Positions 47,296 to 59,200 of a stretch of DNA of 64,000 bases are shown piece by piece. Positions within the stretch are counted from its first letter, which is position 1; each line of letters starts with the position of its first letter. The notes below the pieces were generated by a model that saw only the letters and a program-made list of their open reading frames with translations, did not search any database and was not told where the DNA came from. This stretch comes from Macrostomum lignano (lineage: Eukaryota). A program made the translations under genes and the position numbers. The stretch covers positions 1 to 64,000 of the forward strand of contig NIVC01000962.1 of the NCBI GenBank assembly GCA_002269645.1, written 5' to 3'.

Positions 47296-50200
47296 TCACG
47301 TGATGGTGAGCTCGGTGGCCGAGTCCTGATTAGAGATCTGCCTTCGGCAGTAGAACCGGTGCACTGGCGAGCAGTCCATTGATGAAGCTTCGCTCTCCAG
47401 GATTCTGCACAGCTCCTGCTGTCCGCAGGCGGCCACGCCGCTTGCCATGTCGTCTTCGACATCGATTTCGTCGTCATTGTCGTCGAAATTCTCGTCGCAA
47501 CAGTCGGCAACGACGAGACATCGCTGGTGCCGAATAGCCGCGGCGGCGTCGCCAGAGACAGCGGCCGAGGTGGAGGCAGCCGCGGCAGCGACAGCAGCGG
47601 GAGCGCTACCCTCCCCAACTCTGACCAGGCGGGTGCCGTCGCCTCCACCACCGCTGAGTTCGCCTCCGCCGCCACCGCCGCCGCCGCCCACGCCGCCGCG
47701 GCCGCCGTCGCCGTTGCCACCACCGCCGCCGCCGCCGCCACGGCCCCCGCCTCCGCGGCTGCAGGACAGCGCAGGGGCGGCGCGCACTCGAAGTCGGAAA
47801 AACTGCCTGGCCTTGCGGCGGAACGGCGTGTAGCAGGCGAAGTAGATGAAGAAGTTGCAGAGAGAGTCCAGGTTGGCGGGCAGGTAACTCAGGAACATGA
47901 GCTGGAGGATCAGGGCGCGGTGCTCGGCGAAGTCGAACACGCCGTCGTGGCACATGGCCAGGTTGGTGATGCTGGTCATGGTGAAGAATGGGATCTCGAA
48001 GATGAGGAAGGCGCCGAGAAGGGTGAAGATTGTTTTTGTTACCGTGCGCTTGCGTCTCATCAGCGACTGGTTCGTCCTGTGGGATTCGAGAGTGAGGCTG
48101 AGCACTGCGACTCTGTGACTCTTCCTTGGGACTCTGCGACTCTTCCTTGGGACTCTGCGACTCTTCCTTAGGACTCTGCGACTCTTCCTTGGGACTCTGC
48201 GACTCTTCCTTAGGACTCTGCGACTCTTCCTTGGGACTCTGCGACTCTTCCTTAGGACTCTGCGACTCTTCCTTGGGACTCTGCGACTCTTCCTTAGGAC
48301 TCTGCGACTCTTCCTTGGGACTCTGCGACTCTTCCTTAGGACTCTGCGACTCTAGGGATCCTACAACAGTGCAGAACTTTCTAGCTCTTCTCGCGACTCC
48401 TCAGTGGTCCTAAACTTATCCTTGGGACTCTGCGACTCTTCCTTGGGACTCTGCGACTCTTCCTTGGGACTCTGCGACTCTTCCTTGCGACTCTGCGACT
48501 CTTCCTTGGGACTCTGCGACTCTTCCTTGGGACTCTGCGACTCTTCCTTAGGACTCTGCGACTCTTCATTGGGACTCTGCGACTCTTCCTTAGGACTCTG
48601 CGACTCTTCCTTGGGACTCTGCGACTCTTCCTTGGGACTCTGCGACTCTTCCTTAGGACTCTGCGACTCTTCCTTGGGACTCTGCGACTCTTCCTTGGGA
48701 CTCTGCGACTCTTCCTTAGGACTCTGCGACTCTTCCTTGGGACTCTGCGACTCTTCCTTAGGACTCTGCGACTCTAGGGATCCTACAACAGTGCAGAACT
48801 TTCTAGCTCTTCTCGCGACTCCTCAGTGGTCCTAAACTTATCCTTGGGACTCTGCGACTCTTCCTTGCGACTCTGCGACTCTTCCTTGGGACTCTGCGAC
48901 TCTTCCTTGCGACTCTGCGACTCTTCCTTGGGACTCTGCGACTCTTCCTTAGGACTCTGCGACTCTTCCTTAGGACTCTGCGACTCTTCCTTGGGACTCT
49001 GCGACTCTTCCTTAGGACTCTGCGACTCTTCCTTGGGACTCTGCGACTCTTCCTTGGGACTCTGCGAATCTTCCTTGGGACTCTGCGACTCTTCCTTGGG
49101 ACTCTGCGACTCTTCCTTAGGACTCTGCGACTCTTCCTTAGGACTCTGCGACTCTTCCTTAGGACTCTGCGACTCTAGGGATCCTACAACAGTGCAGAAC
49201 TTTCTAGCTCTTCTCGCGACTCCTCAGTGGTCCTAAACTTATCCTTGGGACTCTGCGACTCTTCCTTGGGACTCTGCGACTCTTCCTTGGGACTCTGCGA
49301 CTCTTCCTTGCGACTCTGCGACTCTTCCTTGGGACTCTGCGACTCTTCCTTGGGACTCTGCGACTCTTCCTTAGGACTCTGCGACTCTTCCTTGGGACTC
49401 TGCGACTCTTCCTTAGGACTCTGCGACTCTTCCTTGGGACTCTGCGACTCTTCCTTGGGACTCTGCGACTCTTCCTTAGGACTCTGCGACTCTTCCTTGG
49501 GACTCTGCGACTCTTCCTTAGGACTCTGCGACTCTAGGGATCCTACAACAGTGCAGAACTTTCTAGCTCTTCTCGCGACTCCTCAGTGGTCCTAAACTTA
49601 TCCTTGGGACTCTGCGACTCTTCCTTGCGACTCTGCGACTCTTCCTTGGGACTCTGCGACTCTTCCTTGCGACTCTGCGACTCTTCCTTAGGACTCTGCG
49701 ACTCTTCCTTGCGACTCTGCGACTCTTCCTTGGGACTCTGCGACTCTTCCTTGGGACTCTGCGACTCTTCCTTAGGACTCTGCGACTCTTCCTTGGGACT
49801 CTGCGACTCTTCCTTAGGACTCTGCGACTCTTCCTTGGGACTCTGCGACTCTTCCTTAGGACTCTGCGACTCTTCCTTGGGACTCTGCGACTCTTCCTTA
49901 GGACTCTGCGACTCTTCCTTGGGACTCTGCGACTCTTCCTTAGGACTCTGCGACTCTAGGGATCCTACAACAGTGCAGAACTTTCTAGCTCTTCTCGCGA
50001 CTCCTCAGTGGTCCTAAACTTATCCTTGGGACTCTGCGACTCTTCCTTGGGACTCTGCGACTCTTCCTTGCGACTCTGCGACTCTTCCTTAGGACTCTGC
50101 GACTCTTCCTTGGGACTCTGCGACTCTTCCTTGGGACTCTGCGACTCTTCCTTGGGACTCTGCGACTCTTCCTTGGGACTCTGCGACTCTTCCTTGGGAC

Positions 50201-53200
50201 TCTGCGACTCTTCCTTAGGACTCTGCGACTCTTCCTTGGGACTCTGCGACTCTTCCTTGGGACTCTGCGACTCTTCCTTGGGACTCTGCGACTCTTCCTT
50301 AGGACTCTGCGACTCTTCCTTGGGACTCTGCGACTCTAGGGATCCTACAACAGTGCAGAACTTTCTAGCTCTTCTCGCGACTCCTCAGTGGTCCGAAACT
50401 TATCCTCGGGTCTCTGCAACCTCAATAACCTTAGGCTTCATCGGCCAGGACTCACTTGTGACCGCCCCGCAGCGGTTGTTTCGCACAGTTCGTAAAATGA
50501 TGGTGATGATGGTGATGATGGTGATGGCCGTGGTGATAGTGGTAGTGAGCCACTGTGCGGTGGCAGTGGTGATAGTAGGCGGCCCGGTTCAGCGGAGGCG
50601 GCTGTTGATGCTGGTGCTGGTTGCCCAGGTGCAGGTGCCTGGGCAGACGGCCGCTCTTGATAATTGTCATGCAGCCGAAGCTGAGAATCACGATGAATGG
50701 CACCACGTTCGAGACGCAGCTATAGAAGGTGTAGTAGCGCGAGATTGCGCAAACATTCGCGAGGAAGTGCGGCGGCAAAATCAGCAGGCTGGCCACCGCC
50801 AGCGTGACGGCCAGGATTCCCAGGAAGGCGTTCCGGCCGTAGGCGTTGAACCGAGGACGCAACGGCTTGGCGACCGCGTCCCAGCGGGTGATGGCGATCA
50901 GGGCCACCCAGAAGTTTCGGACTGAAGGTGGGTGTTGAGTTGAGAAGCGCTGATTGGTCGGTGGGTGGCGGAGGATGGGGTGGTGGTGCTGGGGTGAGAG
51001 GCGCTGATTGATTGGTTTTGGGATGGTGGAGGATGGGGTGGTGGGTGCTGGGGTGAGAGGCGCTGATTGATTGGTTTTGGGATGGTGGAGGATGGGGTGG
51101 TGGGTGCTGGGGTGAGAGGCGCTGATTGATTGGTTTTGGGATGGCGGAGGATGGGGTGATGGGTGCTGGGGTGAGAGGCGCTGATTTATTGGTCAGTGAG
51201 CAATTTTATTAACCTTTCTATTTCTTCGCCATATCTTCAACACTTTAATTTTTCACACTCAATTCCAACACGAATTGAAAAGCGGACTACTCAATGTTTT
51301 GGTTTTCCCCGTAATTTTAAAGCCGAGTACTCGTAAATAAGGAACATGTAAGGGAAGTGTCTTAACTTTTTTAGACGAATCAATACAAGACCTGTCAGCA
51401 AAGCAGAATCCTTCCTGGCTTCCTTCCACACTCCCAGTCACAGGTACAATACAAAGCTTTTAACTCGAGGTCAAAAGCGGTCAAAACTTTGCCGCTATTC
51501 GCTCAGGAAGTCGCCTAAAGGGGGTTTATAATCCCTAGAAGCAAGCACAATTAAAAGTTCAGCCGTGGACCTGGGGAGCCCCGAGTTTGCCGGTATGGGA
51601 AATTCCTTTCTTTGTTAACCTCAGCGCGTCTCCGGGAATTTGAAAATGGGGAGAGCGGACTCAGGCGAACAATGATGAGGCCCCGAAGGCAGAGTTTGGG
51701 TGCTGCAGTCTGCACAATAGACCAGACAATGTGCAGCTTTACTGAGGCATTCCTTGCATGTAGACTGATTATTTATGAGCAGCCCTCCCATCTACTTAGG
51801 TGGCTTATCGCTCCATCGATAAATTTTTCCCAATTTGGCTGTAGATCCCTGCCTCCTTCGCTCGCGATAACTGCCCAGGTTTAGCAGCCTGCACTCTCCC
51901 CTCTATCCTCTCCCGTCTCTCATCTCCCATCTCCCCTTTCTCATCTCCCATCTCCCCTCTCTCATCTCCCATCTCCCCTCTCTCATCTCCCATCTCCCCT
52001 CTCTCATCTCCCATCTCCCCTCTCTCATCTCCCATCTCCCCTCTCTCATCTCCAATCTCCCCTCTCTCATATCCCCTCTCCCCTCTCTCATCTCCCATCT
52101 CCCCTCTCTCCTCTCCCATCTCCCCTCTCTCATCTCCAATCTCCCCTCTCTCATATCCCCTCTCCCCTCTCTCATCTCCCATCTCCCCTCTCTCCTCTCC
52201 CCTCTCCCCTCTCCCCTCTCTCATATCCCCTCTCCTCTCTCTCATCTCCTATCTCCCATTTTCCATCTCCCCTCTCTCATCTCCCCTCTCTTATCTCCCA
52301 TTCCTCCTCTTTCATCCCCTCTTCCCTCTTCCATCTTCCCACTCCCCTCTCCCCTCTCATACCAACCATCCGCTATCATTTCATGTCCCTTGTCACTTCT
52401 CTCGTCTGATCTCATTTGCTCTTTTCTCCTTTCCCCGCCTCATCACCAAAGCAGTTGGCCCATCTGATTAAGACAGAAACACACTTGCAATTTTTTTTCG
52501 CCTTAAATTTCTCTTTTTTCTCTAATTTTCCTTAAAAAGTTTTCTTTACTCAGCAAGATCAAAGGCCGGAACTGGCGCCTCGCGCTTAGAATTAAATTTG
52601 ACTGATTACTCTTGGCAGAGTCAGACTTCCCAGTCCTCCCCCCAACTCGCATTGAGCCGATCCATTAGGCTTTAGAAATAATAGAGAATATATAGAAATG
52701 GAAACAGACTGGCAGACTGGCTGGTTAAACACTGACAGGCCCGGGCGGGGCATCGATCTTGCTCAGCCAACCTTGCTGTACAGATATTGCAGTCAGCCAG
52801 CAGCCACAGTCCTGTGTCATTCGGGGGTAACCAGCAGCTCATTCAATATTTGTTCTGGTGCAAAACTGCATGGGAGGTGAGGCTGATAGCCCGGTATCCT
52901 CTCGCCCCCCTTGTTCTCCATTATCTCCATTGCAGCTATGCAGAATTTTGTGCCTAAAAGCCCAAGGTTGGTCTGAGAGCCTGTTTTGCATTGAGTGCTA
53001 GCAGAAGGTAATTTTTGTAGATCGTGTCTACTGCAGAAGTAAGATTGAGGCTCCGAAAGAGCCAGTCGCTTCTATATATTTAACGAGCGCCGTACGCAAG
53101 CAACAAAGACCCTCGAGGGTCTCTCATACATGTACGCAAATCAAAGGGGGAAAGGAAAGGAAGGAAGGAACAGCAAGCAAGCAATGGGTGACGCATCGCG

Positions 53201-56200
53201 ATAATGAACACTCCTACCCCACTTCCCCCAACCCCCTCTCACACAACAACACACTACACTGTACGTCATCACACCCTTTCCCACTAAGATCTTGTTCACG
53301 GAAGGTGTCATCAAAAAAGCAAAACAAGCGATCATCAGTTGCAATCAGTCAATTGTAGGTCAGCCCGCGGACCCCGGGATTATAAGCAACTGGACTGGAA
53401 GGAGAGATAATTTTATTTTCCACCCTATACCACAGGGGGGCACTGCTTCTCCCTTCTGTCCCCCAGTTGGGGGCTTGGGGTGTTTGTTCCACGAGGGAAG
53501 GAAAGCTTTCGTTGTACACTAAAAAGCTCTCTCTACAATGTACATTCCAATTCGTCCCTGTTCGTATTTCGGCCGGGGTTGTGGCCTATAGTGGACTACA
53601 AGAATCGCTGCACTGTACAGCATGTCCTAAAAACGATCTCTCCTTGTTTTTGCTAACTAGCACTCATAATTGTCTGATCGACTCTGAGAGTGAAGACGAC
53701 TAATGGTGAAGGCTTGCTCAGCGTACGGATGCTCAAATCGAGCAAATGGAACTGTCGCAGGAGTCAGCTTCCATAGTTTTCCATGGAAGGACCCGCTTCT
53801 GGAAAAGTGGAAGCGAGCCAACCCAAGTCAGGAGTTTGAGCCAACAAAAAGCTCAAGGATTTGCTCCAAACATTTTCATCCGGACGACTTCCATGGATAC
53901 AAACGTCGCACGTAAGAAGAGCAAGGAGCAACTACTAAGACGCCTTTTGAAACAAGGGGCTGTGCCGTCCATCTTTCCCAACGCTCCATCCTACCTGTCC
54001 TCTGAAAAAAAGCCGCAGAGATCAACAGCGGCGACTTCTTCTGAACGTCTGGAGCGGGAACTCAGTGCCCTGCAAAGCAGCATCGACACCTTTCAGGAAG
54101 CCGACTCAATTGCTGATTGCAGCCTACACGACGTGCGCTCCAGACTTGATCAGGAGGAGAGTAAGCCAGCAGGTTTTCAATTCTCTCTGTGTGACGGCAA
54201 GCTGTGCATTTACATGCTTGAGATGGAGCCCAATTTTCATGTTGCGTGCTATATTTGCTTGGCTGAAGACCTCACCGTCACATTTGGATTCCGTGGATTG
54301 CCTCTGAAGATGAATAGGTTTGTCGATCTGTTGACTAATGGCAAGGTCTCGACCCTTAGCCAGCTTGTTAACATCATGTCGAGAATCAAGATTTTGAAGG
54401 AGGATACGGCCGAGTCTGACGATAAAGTTTCGCATCTGCTGGATATGGCTGAAGACCTGTTAGAAGAGGTGGAAGAGCTGGCAGATAACCGAACGGTGAG
54501 CTTTGCTTTGGAGCAATTGAAGTTGAGTAGGAAGCCAGCCTCTGCTCGCAGGTACTCGCAGGAGCTTCTCGTTTTTGCGTATTTAATTTACTCAATCAGT
54601 GCCGCTGCATACAAGACCATGCTGGAGCAGGAGGCACTTTGTCTGCCATCTGATCGCACTTTGAGGTCCATCACAGCTAGAGTTGGTTCTAAGGTAGGTC
54701 TGGATAACGAAGGCTATCTTAAACTTCGGGCATCTAAGCTTGAACAAGTTGAGAAAGTTGTCGTCCTTGCGATCGATGAGATCTACATTGCCAATCGGGT
54801 TGAGTACAACAATGGTCAGTTGAATGGACTGGATGCAGATGGAGCTACAGCAAAGACACTCTGCTGCTTCATGATCCGCTCTGTAGCGAGTCAATACAAG
54901 GACATGATTGCGATGCATGCCGTTGCAACATTGACTGCGAAGAAACTTACAGAATGGTTTCACCAGGCGATGAGTGTCTTAAGAAAGTTGAATTTCACCG
55001 TTTGTGCAGTGTGCGTTGATAATGCCGCAGTGAACCGCAAGTTTGTCAGAGGCCTGTGCGGCAACAACTTCAACCCTTGCTTCATGGATGAAGTAACTGG
55101 ACAGCCTGTTTTTTTGCTGTTCGATCCAGTGCATTTATGTGATTTGTGTTAGCAATTCATGCCCCTCTGCAGATAAGCTGTGTAGGAAACTAATGCCCCC
55201 TTGTGGTATGGGTTATTTTTAGCCTTCCAGTCCAGTTGCTTATAATCCCGGGGTCCGCGGTCAGCCTCTCCGGCTTGAATCGCAGCCTGGCCGATCTCCG
55301 TGGCACCGCCCACTCCTCGGAAGCTGCTTCAGGACCAGCATCAGCAACGCCCGTCTCTGCTGCCGGGGTCTCAGGCAACTCTGCGGTTGCGAGAGGTCGA
55401 TGGTTGCCTCCTCCGGGCAGCGGCAGGATGGCGGCAGACTCGCAGGCTGCGGAGATATCAAAGGGGGCCGCCGGCACAATGGGCGCCGCAGGCTTGCGTA
55501 CCTGATCGACGTGTCGGTGGGCGCCGCGACCGTCGTCAAAACGGCACTCAAGGGACGTCGTGCCAGCACTAACCGTTACGGTAGCCGGCTTCCAACGGCC
55601 TCCATTGGCGAAGTCCTTCGCCAGCACGGCATCGCCGACCTCGACCCGACGATCGTGCGCATGGATGTCGTACTGCTGTTTCTGCAGCGCTTGCTGCTGC
55701 TGTACTCGTGCTGGCAGATCCGGTCGAACGCGATCCAGGAGCGAGTGCAGCCTCCGACCCATCAGTAATTCACAGGGAGGGGTCCCCGTCGTTGCATGAG
55801 GTGTCACACGGTAGGTCAGCAGAAACCGCGCCACTCGCTCGTCCAAGGAGCCGCTTTTCTGCTTTGCCAGTGACCTCTTGACCGTATGGACGGTCCTCTC
55901 TGCTTGCCCATTGGACGCCGGGTGGTAGGGCGCTGTCCGCACATCCCTGATGCCGTTCTTCGCCAGGAACGCCTCCATCTCCTCGCTCACGAGGTTCGGT
56001 CCGTTGTCTGATACGATGATGTCCGGCAGCCCGTGCGTGGCGAAGCTTTGGTGCAGTCTCTGGATGGTCGCGGCCGAGGAGGTCGCCGTCATCACATGGA
56101 CATCCATCCACTTGGAGTGCGCGTCAACGATGACTAGCAAGCATCTTGCCCTCCACCGGACCAGCGAAGTCGATGTGAAGGCGCGACCAGGGCCGGTCCG

Positions 56201-59200
56201 GCCAAGCCCAAGGCTGCAGCGGTACAGGTGCAGGCGTCTTCTGCAGCTCCTGGCAGTCGGGGCAGGCGCTGACGAGCTGCTCAATTTCGGCATCTAGCCC
56301 AGGCCACCGGAAGAAACTGCGGGCTAGCGCCTTCATCCTCGAGGCGCCCTGGTGTCCCTGATGCAGACAGTGCAACAGCGCCTCCCGACCGGCCGATGGC
56401 ACCACAATTCGACTGCCCCACATCAGGCAGCCGTCTTCCACGCCCAGCTGCTCCGCACGCGACCGGTACGGCTGCAGCTCCGGAGGCGGTCTCGCCGGCC
56501 ACTGGCCGGACTCGACTGATCGCAGCACCTTGGATAGCACAGGGTCCGTCCTTGTCCATGCTCGAATGTGCCGTGCTGTCACCGGGCCTTCGTCCAGCAT
56601 GTCCATGATCAGCACGACATCCGCTGGCACCAGCGAATCCTTCGGCCTCTCTGGCAGCGGAAGACGGCTGAGAGCATCCGCACGCAGCAGCGACCTGCCC
56701 GCCCTGTGCACCATGGAGCAGCTGTAGGCGGCCAGGGTGAGCGCCCACCGCTGGATTCTGCTGGAAGCCATGGCGGGAATCGGCTTCGACTCATGCAGCA
56801 GCCCCAACAGCGGCTTGTGATCGCTGATCAGTGTGAACTGCCGGCCGTATAGATACGTGTGAAACTTCTTCACTCCGAACACCACCGCCAAAGCCTCCTT
56901 TTCCAGCTGGGAGTACTTAGCCTCGGCTTCGTGCAGTGAGCGCGAGGCAAAGGCGATTGGTCTGTCGATACCGTCGATTCGATGACTGATGACCACGCCT
57001 AAGCCGTATGGAGAAGCGTCGCACTCCAGCACTAGCGGCTGCCGCTCATCGAAATGTGCGAGCACTGGCGCCCTGCTGAGCAGCTCCTTGCTCTTACGGA
57101 AGGCAGCATCCTGTGCGGTGCCCCAGCGCCAGCCAGCGTCCCGGTTCAGTAGACGATGCAGTGGGGCCAGCTCGGTGGCCAGGTTCGGCAGGAATTTTCC
57201 GTAGTAGTTGACCAACCCCAGGAAGCTGCGGAGCTGAGTCTCGTCCTTGGGCGTTGGCGCATCCACGATGGCCCGCACCTTCTCTGGCAGCGGGTGCAAG
57301 CCGGCGGCATCGATTCGGTGTCCCAGATAACTCACGCTCTCCTGCATAAAGCTGCACTTGTTCGGTCCGCACTTCAGGCCACTCTGCTGCAGGCGCTGTA
57401 GAACCAGCTCTAGTGAACGCAGGTGGCTCTCGTCGTCGCTCCCGGTGATGATGAGGTCATCAATGAAGCAGGCGACATGCGGAATGGCCTGCAGCAGGCT
57501 ATCCATGAGCCGCTGAAAAATTCCGGCTGCAGGCGCTACGCCAAACGGAAGCCGGGTGTAGCGCAGCTGCCCTTTGGACGTGTTTATGGTGCAGATCTGC
57601 TGAGAGGCCTCGTCCAGGGGCATTCGCGAATACGCCTGTGAGAGAGAGGTCGAGCTTCGTGAACTTCTGCCCTCCGGCCAGCTTAGCGAATAGCTCGTCA
57701 ATCCGAGGCAGCGGATACTTTTCCGGTTCCACGTCGAGATTCACCGTCTGCTTGAAGTCGGCACAGATGCGAACGGATCCATTGGCCTTCAGCACCAGAA
57801 CAATAGGCGATGCATAGTCAGAGCTACTCACGGGCTTGAGCACACCTTGCTCAATCTCCTTGTCCAGGTGTGCCTCAACCTTGGCCTTCAGCGCGTAAGG
57901 CACGTTGCGGGCCTTTAAAAAGCGAGGCCGGGCCCCGTCCTTCAGTCGCAACTGCACCGGCCGCCCTGTATACTGGCCGAGTCCGGACTCGAACACACCG
58001 GAATACTGCTTCAGCAGGTCGCGGATCTTAGGATGCTCACCGCTCTGGTGCAACTGCATCTGCTTGATCTCGCGCCAGTCCAGGGGCAGATCGGCCAGCC
58101 AGTCTCGGCCAATTAGATCTGAACCGGAGCCATCTACCCCGAGCAGTGGCAGGACCTTGGCAGCCTCCTCGGCGCGCACGCGAACGCGGATCCTGCCCAG
58201 CACGGGGACCGGCTCGCCAGAGTACGTTCGTAGCATCGTGCCAGCAGGCTCGAGCTTGGGCCGCTCCAGCAGCAGTGAGCGATAGGTCCTGGCAGAGATT
58301 AGCGAAACTGACGCACCTGTGTCAATCTCCATACGGACGGGTATATCGTCAATTGTAACCGTCGTCTCAATAGGAGGGACCTTGCCCTTCCGCTCGGCCA
58401 TCACGTCTAGGGAGTGCGTCTCTTCCATCTCCGACCCGACTTCGCGCACCGCCGCCTGGCTCTCGCGTCGACCACTGGCTGCCTGGGACTTGCATGCAGC
58501 TGCCCCAGCTTGGAGCAGTTGAAGCATTTCTTGCTCAAGAAGGGACACTTGGCGGCCAGATGCCGCTGTGAGAGACATCGGAAACAGCGTCTGGCAGTTG
58601 CCGACTGCTGAACGACATGAACAGACTCTGGCTCGGTGCCCTTCATCACAAACTGAGTGCCCTCGGCGGCCGTAGTGAGGGCCTGCGCGGTTGATAGTGC
58701 CTTTGCTAGCGTCAGTTCCTTCTCAGCAAGGAGTTTCCGCTGGATTCCGTCATCGTTGATGCCCAGCACGAGCCTGTCCGTCAGCATTTCGTTCAGGTTG
58801 GTGAAATTGCAACCGTTTGCCAACTTGCGGAGGTCGGCCAAGAAGACGGCAATGGATTCACCAGGCTGACGGTGTCGAGTATAAAAGCGATGGCGCAAAA
58901 CGATTTCTGGCGGCGTTGGGTCGAAGTGCTCCTTTAGTACTTTGCAGATGTCGGCATAAGACGTTCCAGCTGGCTTATTCGGCAACAGAAGGCTGCAGAG
59001 CAACTGATACGTTTGCTTGCCACACGTGCTGAGCAACACTGCTCTCTTTTTCTCATCTGCAATGTCGTTGGCAACAAAAAACTGCTCAATGCGCTCTTGA
59101 TATTGCACCCAAGTTTCTGTCCCTTCTTCGAAGGGTCCGACGGAGCCAATTTGGTTCATACCTCGTCGCCACTTTTGTAGACCGTGTCTACTGCAGAAGT

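Noticed and set aside
48108-50395. CRISPR-like repeat/spacer array
   Set aside because: The context is a eukaryotic intron, the spacers are identical to each other, the 21-mers are directly tandem, and there are no cas genes.
48404-50925. Chain of overlapping LGLCDSS ORFs suggesting translational coupling
   Set aside because: They are antisense to the GPCR intron and arise from the 21-bp in-frame unit and the repeated spacer.
58470-58520. Programmed gag-pol ribosomal frameshift
   Set aside because: There is no slippery heptamer, and the shift falls inside the second zinc knuckle and removes its His, consistent with a small deletion in a single-ORF element.
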